Below, piece after piece: positions 11,204 to 23,519 of a stretch of 64,000 nt of DNA; within the stretch, counting starts at the first letter, position 1; every line of letters starts with the position of its first letter. The notes under the pieces were generated by a model. That model worked only from the letters and a program-made list of their open reading frames with translations, ran no database searches and had not been told where the DNA came from. Source of the stretch: Marsupella aquatica (taxonomy: Eukaryota; Plantae; Marchantiophyta); assembly GCA_973895155.1 (NCBI GenBank), contig OZ316893.1, positions 2,810,430 to 2,874,429 on the forward strand. Direction: 5' to 3'. The position numbers and the translations under genes were made by a program.

Positions 11204-14200
11204 GTAATAAGTTGGATTGATGATAGGCGATGACGATTCGAACTAGTTTGTAGTAGATTTTGTGGATTTGGACTACAATTTTTTGTGCATATAGATGTGA
11301 CGTCTTGATGGATTGGTGAGAGAATCTCGCCAAGACTTTTCTGCGAACATGATCGGAGCATGCTTTATGCTATAGTAGCCTAATGGAGTACGTTTATGGA
11401 ATGATGATCAGAATGCATGGGTAGGCGTCTTCCATTCGATCGCGTACAGGTTAAATCGGAGTTCTACGTTACAGCCGGATGAAGTTCATTTGTGAATGAT
11501 CAGACTGCTACGCACGTTTCCGTAGTGTACAGAGTGGTTAATCGGTGCTGTATGTTACAGCCGGTGAAGTTTTTGGATCATTCAGACTCGATAAGTAGGC
11601 ATGTACAGATATTTTCCAATTGTTGTTCACACGGTGGTGAATCTTTCCATGTCTCTAGCATTTGGGCAGTGCTTCAACTGGGGAGGACCCAAGCGCTTAG
11701 ACACAGATCGATCAGACGCGCGAGGAGGCAAACGTCCATCTAGACGTGCAACGAGATTCTCCTTCAGTTAGTTTGTACATCCCTACGTAGACTCGGGCTG
11801 CCATTAAAGTGATCATCACCCGTAGATGAAATGTTATACACATTTGTGGGTTCTCACAAGTGTATTTCGTTTTCGCTGTGATATGAATTGGCGATTTGGA
11901 GGATGAGATGGGATTCCTAAAGTGTGTAATATTTTCTTAAATCTTTTACAATCTTTGGATGTGGAAGCTGCATATGTCGGACATTGGTCTCTTGAATCAA
12001 GTCTCGATCGAGGCAGCCCTGACAGAGCTAGCTAGACTAGTCGACTGCGTTGCAATTGCACTTTGAGTATGTCCAGGAGCTTGTTTTTCTATTCGATGGA
12101 TTTTCCATAAAAACATGGATAAAGTTTTCGAGCACATTAATTTTATTTGGAATATATATGGATTTCTTAATCGGCCCGTTCGAACTCACTTCATCCTCAA
12201 ATTCGGTTGTTTTTTATCCGCCCCTTCGAACTCACTTCATTCTGTTTCAATGAACCGGTCTTGAAATGACGAAAATCAATAAAAGTGGAAACGTTTCAGC
12301 ACTTTGTTTACAAAAATGAAAGGTCCAACTGATTTCCAACCTGGCTATTTGCCAAATACCACTAGAGCCTTTAAAATAAAATAAAATTAAAGGGGAAATC
12401 TGTGAGACCCTAGGGAAAGGAGGCAAAACAAGCTGGTTATGACATTTGAACCCAACATCTATAAGTCCAAACTCAAGAGAGTTACCACATAGCCATGCCT
12501 GCTTGGGCACCAGTAGAGAAGTTTTAAATAATTATGGGTGCTCAATTACCCAAGCAAACAGTTTGCATTTCACCCCAGATGACTAATAAAAAACAACTAC
12601 TTGAGAGCAGGGTGACACATAACAACAGCAGACACCCAGCAGACTCTTACAGAGTGAGGGATAATTAATGAGGGAAAAAACTCCAGAAACGTTTGGACCA
12701 AGACAATGTTGAGAATGAACATCAAAAGCTGTGGTTTAATTATACATTGCCCAGAGTCATGTTCACAATTAACTTTTTTATGAATCAGAACAGAATATTT
12801 TGAGATAATTAGCCAGTCAATTTTAGAAAGTCTTCAAAAAGAGATACTAGTTTGAGATTGGTTCGATGGTATCAAATATAAGAGAATGATGAAATCTTCC
12901 CTCTAGTATGGTATGGTTTTGCAATCCACCCGAGAATGCATCTGAAATAGTATGATTTAAATTAATCTTGAATAGTGACACTCTGCATTAACATACTTAG
13001 ATCTTTTTACGAAGTTAGTATATTAAACAAATTGCATTTGTTACAGGTACTATCACTCATTACTATACAAACTAACAATAACAAGATTTCCACAATCCTG
13101 AAACTTTGTTTTATTGAGTTCCTTTCCGGATATGCCTCCGGCCATCTCAAAACAGACAAAAAATTATTGAATTCGTTACACATAGAAAGATAAAAACTTT
13201 TCAAATGTACTAAGCTGGAACAAATAAGAAACTAAGGCCACACCGGTATTGCATACAACATATCAGACATCCCCAAAATTGATTTGCCTAACATTACAAG
13301 TAACCCTTGGTGCAAACAAAATATTATGAGGAATTACTCTATGTGAGACTCCTCCCATTATATTGCTGTTTGCCCAAGTCTCTTCCAGCTTCAGCTTGAG
13401 CTATGGAAGAAAAATCCTAATCCACAAGGGAGTGAGGCATCCTTCCCATCTTTGACAATTATATTATGCAAAATCACACAACCTAACAAAATGTCCTGGC
13501 TTGATCTTGTGTTGATAATGCTTTGACATGATTTTTTAAACTCATGGCAAAACACTCAATCATGTAGGACACCAAATGCCTTCCAAATTAATGCCTGTCT
13601 ACATCCTGGGTAAGTAACTCTTGTATAATAGGCAGGGGTCCACATTCTTATATGGACTAAAGGTTGAGTATAATAAAAAAAACAAGCTGGAAAAAGCTGG
13701 GTTTTCCACTTTTAAAACTTTCTTCCTTTTCCATGCAGGATTCAAATCATTGCTTAAAACTAATTGTAATTTATATTATAAAAAATTTAGAAAATCTTCC
13801 AAATCTGGTTAGTTTGGCTGTTATATTCTAAAATTTAGAATTTAGAATTTTAGTAATATAACTTGGTTTTGATAAAGTTTTTCGATATCAAATCAATTTT
13901 GGTTTTTTCTTTGAATTCCTTGAGTTGAGAAATACAAGATTTTGGTAGACTAAAATGAAACTTCACTTGGTCAATTGGATACAAACTCATTTATTATAAG
14001 GCATTAAAAGTTTCCCTTATAAAAAGGGGAATTGCACTTAGACCCACTCTTGACACTTTGCAAAACATTTCTAGTAGTTCCTTGTGGCAATTGAATACAT
14101 AGTCTTCATGGAGATGGACCAGTCAGGGCAGACGGGAGGATAGATGCCATCAGCGCGCCAGGAGCGCCAGGACGTTGATGCAGAGGCAGACATGGTAATT

Positions 14201-15229
14201 TGGGGAAGAGCTATGTCAGATCATGGTGATTTTTCTTATCGTTTCACCAAACTGTTATGTGCTTGCATGATTGTTCACTTCTTTAGAAGATTCCCCCTTT
14301 AGAACAAAATTATGGCACTAATTGTAGGTGATAATATCTTTTTCATTACTTGACCAAATCCAGATCTATAAACTGCATTGCAAAGATCTTGTTGAGGCAA
14401 CCAAAATAAATATAAAATACTTTGAAGACAAATGAGTATTGAGAAATATACAGCCTGCCCAATTAATCCAAAAAGTTAGCTTGTAGTCAGGTTAATCCAA
14501 GTTCAACTTTGAGTTCAGGTTTGGGTTTACTAGTCTAAGCTCGACCTTGGCTTATCATAGGTGAGCTTAATTGGCCCTAGCTGAACTCAGGTCAGCACGG
14601 CCTCAACTTAGCTTGAAGTTGGGGTTTGGCTTAGCTTGAACTTGGTCTTGGGTTAGGATAGGCCCCAGACATAGGCCAGCTCGGGTTCGGGCTCAGATTA
14701 GCCTAGGTTAGTAGATTAGCATTTAGCAAGTAGTGGGTTAGCTTGCCTGGGGCGGTGGGTTACGCATATGTGGGTTAGATAGGATAGTCGGGTTAGCCGC
14801 TCTTGAGTTAGCTCTGTCAGTCAGGTTAGCTTAGTAGTTTGTACCCCCTCTTGGTTACAGGGGCATAACTTTATTGTTATTCAACCCAATTGACTATAAT
14901 TGAGCTAATTGCAAATAATGAGCCACTTCCCTGGCCACTTTCAATGCCGACATCCGCTTAAGAAATCATGGCAGAATAGGGAAATTAGGAGAGGAGGAGC
15001 AAGATTGCAAATGTTGTCAAGAAATGCCAAAATAATCCAAACTACATGGCGAATTTTGGAGATGGGAATAAAGGTTTGCGAGTTTTGGAGATGGAAATAA
15101 ACCACAACTTTATAGAGAATAAGTATTTGGCACAATAAACCATTACCCTATCAATCATGACTCTCAACCAAAGTATTAAGCTCCCCTTGAACACTCAGAC
15201 TCTATTAGGACATAGGCATGACTCCATGG

Positions 15230-15249
15230 AAACCCTAACCCTAAACCCT
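15230..15249 (+). repeat. short telomere-like tract (AAACCCT AACCCT AAACCCT)
   Basis: Three consecutive plant or vertebrate-type telomeric units adjoining the MITE end. Confidence 0.55.
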
Positions 15250-15251
15250 CA

Positions 15252-15463
15252 ACCACAACTGCCGCTAGAAAGGGCTACGGGTTACCCGTAGCTCTCAGTG
15301 TAAAGTGTACAGGTTGAGGAATGGGCTTTGAGCTCAGGAAAGGTGTTGAGTGCAAAACCACTTATTGATTTATTGACAAGTGCTCCACAAAAGGTGCTGG
15401 TGTTACATCTTTTATGGTGAGTAGTGAGACATGGAATGGGGATTTTATAATGGCAAGTGTGGT
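15252..15463. mobile_element. non-autonomous TIR element (ACCAC-ended family), copy 1
   Basis: Ends ACCACAACTGCCGCTAGAA and TTATAATGGCAAGTGTGGT|TTAA. It aligns over its length with the reverse complement of 27834-28058. Internal palindrome GCTACGGGT-T-ACCCGTAGC. Confidence 0.8.
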
Positions 15464-18400
15464 TTAACCAAGTACTAGGCTCCCTGTTACAAAGCAAGTA
15501 TGACTCCATTGGAAAGAAGTGTTAAATGCATCTGGGTGTGTTTGGAAAGAAGGGTGTGTTTGGAAAGAAGTGTTAACTGAAATTGGGTCTGTTTTGCGCA
15601 AAACCCTCCAATGCTACTGCAGTTGAAATGTGGTATCCATTTTGGAGCAGGACGTTTACAGTGCAGTATATAGCATGACGGGTGGGCAATCTCAGTGTAA
15701 CTGAGGAGGAGATAGAAAGCGAAGGTGACGTGCTTTGGAATTGGAACTCGCGAGGTGTTCAAAGTCTTGATCAGGTTTTGCTGAACAGCAGGATGATGTA
15801 GTACACCTTCTATGTGCAGAGATAGAAACAATCGGATCTGAGAGGCTCAAGTTCTTGTAGGAGTAGTGGAGCTTCAGCTCAAGACAACAAAAGCTTCTTG
15901 AAACGAAGGGAAACTGTAGCTCAATGTTCAGAAGCACAGGAGCGGCGCAGAGAAAGGTAACTCATTCACGACTTCAAATGCAATCAAAGGTAGTCTAGCA
16001 ACGAGACAATATATCGGTACAATCCCGTCTGGAAGGACACCTGAGTCTACCGTAGCTTCTTAGACAAATATATAAAATTTGTGGACACGCAAGCTGAGCT
16101 TCAGACACGTGACAGTGAAGTATTCATTCAATTGTATCCCTCATGTACGAATCAAATCAGGGCGTCGACTGAGAAGGCTGTTCAAGACTGGGGATGGCCC
16201 CACCTGCCCCAGTAAGCTCATCCTCGTACTACATGAGACCAGTTGGTGGTAAATCGGGAATCATGGACACACTATACGATCAAAGACGGCCAGGGAATAC
16301 TATAGATCAATATGAAATCCAATGCTGGATTTATTTTTCTGGGAGCGAGTTGCACTTCACCTTGAGTATGATCGAGCTGCTTCTTTATTTTGTCGTTCAA
16401 GGTGTTCCCTCCAGAAAATAGTGATTGTTCAAGTCCAGACTTCTACGAAAAGGAAAAAGCGCGGTCGAGTACCAGCTTTACCATTTCTTCAAACGGCAGG
16501 ACGATGGCTTTGGTTAAAGCAGAGAGCCTCCACCTATGTCTTGTCCAATCGGTGAATTTGAGAAATAGAAAACCGCTTGATACACTGAAAATATTCTTCT
16601 AAATCTGGCCCGACTATATTTACAGACAGATAACCCTTTCTTCTTGGTGTTGTTTCACGAATGATTTTCAAAACTTTGTTCTGTGAGATCAGCTCTCGGA
16701 AACGGTACTTCGATCTAAACCGAGTTCCAAGATGCAAAATATTCTTAAGTGGACGAGCTCAGGCTTTACTCTCTAGGTTTGCCCAGAGGTGGACCGAGCA
16801 TCTTCTCGGTGCTCTGGTGATAATATGGATCCTCGAGCGCATAGAGCAGCAGAGTCGGCACCCAGCATAAGAGCAGGTCTGGGGCATAATCAGCACCTGC
16901 ATCACAGCATCAGGAACATCAGGAGCATCGTTTTTGCAATTACTTTCTATTATGTCATCCTTGTGAGTCCACTGCACCGATGGAAACCAACAACAGGGAA
17001 TTCTCGATGGAGCTATTCCGTGTGGCATGACAAGGCAAAAGAATGCTGCCTTCCTGACTAATGAAATAACGTAAGTATCAAGGCGCCTTCCTGTCCAGTC
17101 AAACATGGTGTTTAGGAGAAGGGATATGTGGAAAGAGGACTCAACTTGCCCCGAAAAGAAATTGAATATTTGCAAAGAACACTTTGCCATGGGAAGCAGG
17201 AAACAGAGCGACATTCCGAGGATTCGAAAGAGTAGATTCCTGTTGTAGCTTGAAACAATTCTTAGCAGTGAAATAATGTCGTTGATTAATGAGATTGTCA
17301 AAAGAATAGTTAGTTCACGCCGAGGTTTCCGATTCATATATCTGGGTACGTCTGTTCTTGATACAACAGGATCTCTTGTTCAAACAACTCCTGTAGATTC
17401 TCTGTTCAGTCAATTTTTGAATCAAAGCACACCCTGCGGTTGAATTTCGGAGTTGGAACTGGCAAATTACCAGGTATCAAATACATTCCAGCCTCCAAAG
17501 CCATTGATCAAGCACGGATAGATTGTTGAAAAAGAATACAATCTTTCTAAGAAGGATCCTGGTTTACATCAATTTATTGGGGGTGCTCTCCTGGCCGTAT
17601 ATGACTCTGCTGTATGTTAAGGTGGGATCTCCAACAACATAAGCCTAGTCTATGCAGCTAGAAAGCTTGACTGTGGACTTAAGTATTTTCTACTTTCATT
17701 CAAATAGGTTGAGGAAAAATAAACAGCAGAGCATCTACAACTCGTGATTTGTCTATGGCTTCCTTTGCCAGTGGCAACGGCAGATATTCCCCACTGTTTC
17801 ACTGCAACAACCATGGAATTGGCGTGAGGCTGCATTTCGAGCGAAGTCCCATTCTTCATTGCCGTCTCCTCCTTTGAGAACCAGATTTTCTTGAAATCAA
17901 CCAACACCTAATCTAGACCCATTTCTTGTCAGCAGGAGGTGAAGGAATAATTCCAGCCCTGGAACGCAGTCCAGGATATTCAGGGGGGCAATTGGTAGCA
18001 AGAAACAACATGTAACGATATCTAAGACAGTAAGATTATAATCAGTTCTTGCAATTCAAAAAGATTTGACCAGGGGTCATGGTCGCCGCCTGGACAAGCG
18101 CATCCAGACAATAAGTATATCAATTGAATGATCTATCTCAAATTGAATGATCTATCTCAAATAGATTGATCAGTGCAGCACGAGGGTAGAAAGGGTCCTT
18201 CAAACCAGAGCTCCCTTGAGTCAACCCATTCAAGACAGGAAAGATAATAATTGTTCAGAATCCAGAACTACGGGAACGTCCATACGACATCCGTTTGTAG
18301 ATCATCAACGAACCGTAAGCTTGACACCAGAGCACGGAGACCTTTTAAGTGACATGAATGCAGCATCCAGTATCAGCTCCAATGTGAACCTATAATCAGC

Positions 18401-21400
18401 TTTTGCTTGGGAGCATAGTCCTAGCAAGGCTATTATTGATCGATAGAATTATTTACAAACCTGATCATCACATCATTCAGTAGAAAACCACCTTAGTGAA
18501 GGCTATTCTCGCAGGAAAGCCTTGCACACAATTAGCACAGTCGAAATGAGACTAGATTAATCACCAACCTTCTCTACCGTTGAATACGTACTGTAGCTAC
18601 AATTTCACTAGGAAACCTCACAAATGTGCAAACGATTTGAATTTTCGAGTGTCCAAATCAAGGTCTGGGGGAGCTGTTGTGGTTGTAAGAAACGTTTTCC
18701 CGCAGCTACTCAGAGTCTACACCGAGAACTCAGATTGTGAAAGCAATGCAAATTCTGTGGAAGGCATATAGGAGCACCGGATGCGGAGAAGGAACTCCAG
18801 TTGGAGCGAAGTCGTGGTTCTTTAAATTTTGAATACTTGTAAATCCTGAAAGGGCCAGAGACTGGAAAACGTCAACCAAAGAATTCCTATATGATGGAAA
18901 TTGTACTCTTAATTGTGGCAATGTATTGTTTCAAGAAGCCATAGATGGAGGTTGCAAGGCTGAGAGGAAAACAAACTCTATAGCTTCAGATGGAGTTGGT
19001 CTCTAATAAACAATTCGTGCATCATTAGATACTTAGTAGCTTCCGTTTGAAGATCGAGAGACGCATCGATTTGGTAGCATAGTTCGGCAAGTTCCAAATC
19101 ACGCAACGATAGACAGCAGGTCATACAGTCCTAGTTTAACTTTTACACGGAGAATTGAGATATGAGAGAATCACGCATGCAATTCATCAATTCTGTCAGT
19201 TGCTAGAAACATGTTTTGTATTCGCTGCCTATCTACGAAACCCCTACGAAAACAACACTTAAAAAACCTCAAAGATGTTGCGACATATGTAACGGTCGCC
19301 GTCCGTTCCATAGGTGACAGCAAACCTTTACTCAAGCCAGTGCCAAGACCCACGTGATCCTGCCCAGTTTCGAGAAATTTGCCCACACTCTTCCCAAACG
19401 AACAGCAAAAATCTTTCTCAATGTCATAGAATAAGATGTAAAGGTAGTTTAGGTCTTCAATCTTATCTCTTCCAAATATTGGCCGGTGGGCGCGCGGATC
19501 ATTCGGAACGAAACATCAAGCTCCAGATGACCGAAGACCGTGGAACTGTACATTGCCTTGTTGTCCACAACAGTGTTTCACCGACGAGAGCACCGAAATC
19601 TCATGAAATAATCATATTTTTCCGAGGTGATTCGAGCAACTAGTTCGGGCCCACCCATGTGCCACTTTAAATTCTGGAACTAGATCACAATCACTATCAA
19701 TATTGTAATAATATTTTGCTACAGTTCCCACGTCAGGATTGCAGATTTATTATCCGAACACTCTTCCCAGGATTTCAGATAAACTCTCGAAGGGAATTGG
19801 GGCACATTCTGCATCACCTGCTCAAGTTATTGCTCAAATTACTAAATTCCTTTCATTCAAGATAGAATATGCTGGGTGTGCCTTCCAGATGGTGCTGGAC
19901 AGCAAACAGGATGGAAAATGTAAGTGAAAATAAAATATTTTTGATGTGTGCAGCTTCCTTTGATAAACATCAATGTCTTTTTTGTCAAGTGCTATTTGCA
20001 GACAATCTTCACAATGTCTTCGAAAACCACCCGTCTTGGTCATTCACCCCCACCTGCAAGGCATGGATGAGCAAAATATACTCCTTCTGAAAAAAAAGCC
20101 AAATAATGGAAACAATGTTAAATATCTTCCAGCACTGTCTAGGGTATGTTTAACCCTAAACCTCTCCCTAAACCCATAAATCCTTGTGTTTTGCTTGCAA
20201 TTAACTGGTCCTACCTGTCAATTAGTGTGCCCTTAAATTGATGAATGAAGTGGAGACTAGGGTCTTCCCAAACTTACAACTAATAAACTCCAAACTGAAG
20301 ATTTTTATGTATGCAATTTGCATTTAATGATTAGGGAATGACCCCCGTAAACATTTGACCAGCTGGTTTAATTTGTAATGCAAGAGTTGGGTATGGATGG
20401 TCTTTGAGCTTAGTTGTGACAAAATGCAAAAAGCAGATGTAGTCATTACTTTACATGGAGACACTAGTACATTATACCTTCATATAAACTGAAACAAGGT
20501 CTTTTATTTACTCTTTGGTGTTGTCCCTTTCATTGGATTTTGTTAGTAGTTGATAGCCCTTGTTCATGTTGCATTCATATTAAACCACAACTTGAGTCAT
20601 GACCACAAATATTTAAAGGTAATGACATGCTTGTGGCAATAAACACTACCAATTTGATTATACTCAATTCATTTGATTCCAAACAATAAACACTAAACCG
20701 CTTGCTCCCTTCTGGTTATTGTGGCCTAGGGATACATGGTTATTGTTATTAATCATACACATACCTGCATTTCCGGGATTAATATGGCACATCTCAAAAG
20801 GCATAAGGGACATAAGACTCACCCTAAACATAAACATTAAAAAGAATCAGAAAAGAGTCCTTCCCACGTGGCTTTGCTAGTTTATACTCAGGGTAAAGCA
20901 TTTATTCAAGCCTAAGCCCTACTGATTTTGCACCCACCTAAAATTGTCATCACCTTTGCCCAAACCAATAAATAATTGTGCTTGCCTAAACCCATGAGAG
21001 AACGACGCTCTATCTTGTCTAGAACCCACAAGAAAAGTGGCAGTGGCACTCCAAAGTGCATTGCATCCAGACTTATCAAGACTCTAAAATGGTTGGAAAA
21101 CACAATCCATAATGTATTCAGATCCAAACTCTGAAATTTTGTTAGTGCGGCAGCAGGAAACTGCAGCCCAATGCATACACAGAGACATGGTCAAGCACAG
21201 GAGCCAGTTGTAATGGTGTCAAGGTAAGGGTAGGGACCTGTGCACTTTTGCCTTATAGAAGAACTGAGTGGGGGCTCATTAAGACGGGGTTGATCAGGGC
21301 AAAACAATTTGTTGGTGGCTGATCAAGTAAAATTTATTGGTAGGGGGTCTACCAAGCATATCCCTCTCTCTGCTCCACTCTTGGCAAAAGTAATTCTGGT

Positions 21401-22007
21401 AAGGTTTAAATGATCCAACTGTCAACATTGTTTCAGGTTTTCATTGTTAAACAGTTGTCACCATTCTCAGTAAACTCAATACCTTTTCCCACTCATTAAA
21501 CTCAACACCCTCTCCCATCTTTGACCAAGTGGAACAGGGGAGTGGAGCAATCAATCAGGTGGGGCTAGAGGAGGTAGGAGGCTAGAGGAGGTAGGAGCAC
21601 GAGTAGCCTTTTTTTTTGTGAGCTAGATTTCCCCAATCATTTACATCAAAAACAGGTAGGGATACTTTGCATTTTTGGACTTTCAAATTATTTTTTCCCC
21701 CTACTTAATTTTATAATTTTTGTTTTTGAGACCTACAGTCAGAAAAAGTCAAGAGAATCCAATACAGGTCACAAAAGGTCTAGAGAACACGATACACGTG
21801 AGACTGAGAATCAATGGATTATGCAGGATCACCAAGGGAGGGAGGTCAGTAGCGGCACACCCTCGAAGTGCGAAGCGTCCAGAAATGTTGTGACATCATT
21901 CTCGTCTCTCGTGGAGTCGAAGGAACGGTCATGAGCGATTTGGCTCCGGGAATGTGGCTGAGCTCCAGCAAGATTGGAGAAGGGAAACTGCAGCAGGAGC
22001 AGCAGAC

Positions 22008-23519
22008 ATGAGGATGCGAGCTGCAAAATCCGCGACCACGCTCTTCGGGAGTGAGATGGCGGAGCAGGATTCCGCTCCGTCGGTGACCAGCTCGTTCTTC
22101 GCTCACGTGAGGGAAAACGTCAGGTGCGAGAGCCTGAGCAGCGTGTGGGACGAAGTGAATGGATCGTTGGGCGATTTGGGAACCTTTCTGCCGCTGCTCT
22201 TGACCTTGGCGTTCGTGAATGGCGTCGATTTGGGCACCACGCTGATGTTCACGGGACTGTACAACATCGTCACTGGCGTAGTGTTCGGAATTCCAATGCC
22301 CGTGCAGCCCATGAAGTACATCTTCGCTGCAGCGATCGCTGACAACGACCCCATGACGGTGCCTCAGATCATGGCGGCGGGGCTCTGGACCGCTCTCGCG
22401 CTGCTCGTATGTGGCGTCACAGGCCTCATGAGCATCGCCACGCGGTTGGTGCCCACTCCAGTCATCCGAGGATTCCAGCTCTCGCAAGGGATCCTCTTCG
22501 GGATCACAGCGGTGAACTACATCGTCTACAAGCAGGATCTCTCGACGGGGACTATTCTGGGGAAACGGGAGTGGATGGGAACCGATGGAATCGTTCTAGC
22601 CCTCGTTGCTCTTGTGTTTGTGATGCTGGTCTCCGGTCCGGGTGATGATATGGTCCAGCAGACTGATGAGAAGACATACACGACGGGGATCGGAGAGGAA
22701 GGGTCCGTTCGTGGAGGAGTGCTCACTCAAAGTCTCCTGCAAGGTAATGACATTCTGGATACTGTGCCAGAAGAAGATGAAGAGATTGGCAACCCAAACC
22801 TCAATCCGAGTGTGGAAGTGGCCAGACCGCTGGGCATTCCCTCAGCCTTGATTGTTTTTGTCATTGGACTGGCTCTCGCTCTCATTCGGGACCCGAGCAC
22901 GCTGACGGAAATTCAGCTGGGGCCTGTGATGCCGAAATTTGTATATATATCCTGGGAGGATTGGAAGATTGGATTCTTGCGTGGAGCGGCTGGGCAAATT
23001 CCGCTTTCACTCATCAGCACCGTCGTTGCGGTGACGAAGCTTTCCCACAATTTGTTCCCGGGGAAGAAAAATGTGAGCGCTACGGCTATCTCGTCCGTCG
23101 TAGGGGTGTTCAATCTCGTGGGCTGTTGGTTTGGGACAGTCCCGGTCGAGTGTGGAGCCGGAGGTCTCGCAGCGCAATTCCGATTTGGGGCTCGAGATGG
23201 ATGGGCGGTGATAATGCTGGGAGGGGCGAAGCTCTTCCTTGGCCTTCTTCTGGGAAGCTCGCTGTTGCTGCTGCTGTCGCAATTTCCGATTGGGTTACTG
23301 GGAGTGATACTTCTTCTCGCTGGATCCGAGCTTGCGATGTTTTGCCGCGACCAGACGACTCGTCTCGATGCATTTGTGATGATCGCATGTGCCACGGCGA
23401 TTTTGTCCGGCTTGAGCGCACCCGTGGGATTTGCTTGTGGTTTCGCTACGTTCCTGCTCGTCAAGTTCCGGCAATTGCACCTCTCGTCGAACGCGGTCAC
23501 GGCCTATCTGCACTGGTAG
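22008..23519 (+). CDS. MOT1: molybdate transporter, MOT1 family (SULTR5-like), intronless
   Basis: Family motifs GSLGDLGTFLPL, GIPMPVQPMK, PTPVIRGFQLSQG, QIPLS and GAGGLAAQFRFGAR, with many hydrophobic helices. First ATG is 22008 (alternatives 22014 and 22056); stop TAG ends at 23519. Confidence 0.93.
   Translation: MRMRAAKSATTLFGSEMAEQDSAPSVTSSFFAHVRENVRCESLSSVWDEVNGSLGDLGTFLPLLLTLAFVNGVDLGTTLMFTGLYNIVTGVVFGIPMPVQPMKYIFAAAIADNDPMTVPQIMAAGLWTALALLVCGVTGLMSIATRLVPTPVIRGFQLSQGILFGITAVNYIVYKQDLSTGTILGKREWMGTDGIVLALVALVFVMLVSGPGDDMVQQTDEKTYTTGIGEEGSVRGGVLTQSLLQGNDILDTVPEEDEEIGNPNLNPSVEVARPLGIPSALIVFVIGLALALIRDPSTLTEIQLGPVMPKFVYISWEDWKIGFLRGAAGQIPLSLISTVVAVTKLSHNLFPGKKNVSATAISSVVGVFNLVGCWFGTVPVECGAGGLAAQFRFGARDGWAVIMLGGAKLFLGLLLGSSLLLLLSQFPIGLLGVILLLAGSELAMFCRDQTTRLDAFVMIACATAILSGLSAPVGFACGFATFLLVKFRQLHLSSNAVTAYLHW

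Noticed and set aside
15600-19650. Possible multi-exon minus-strand gene (ORFs 16759-17337, 17650-17907 and splice-like sites)
   Set aside because: No frame gave a recognisable protein or a consistent exon chain. It may be a lncRNA, UTR or pseudogene, but this cannot be supported from sequence alone.
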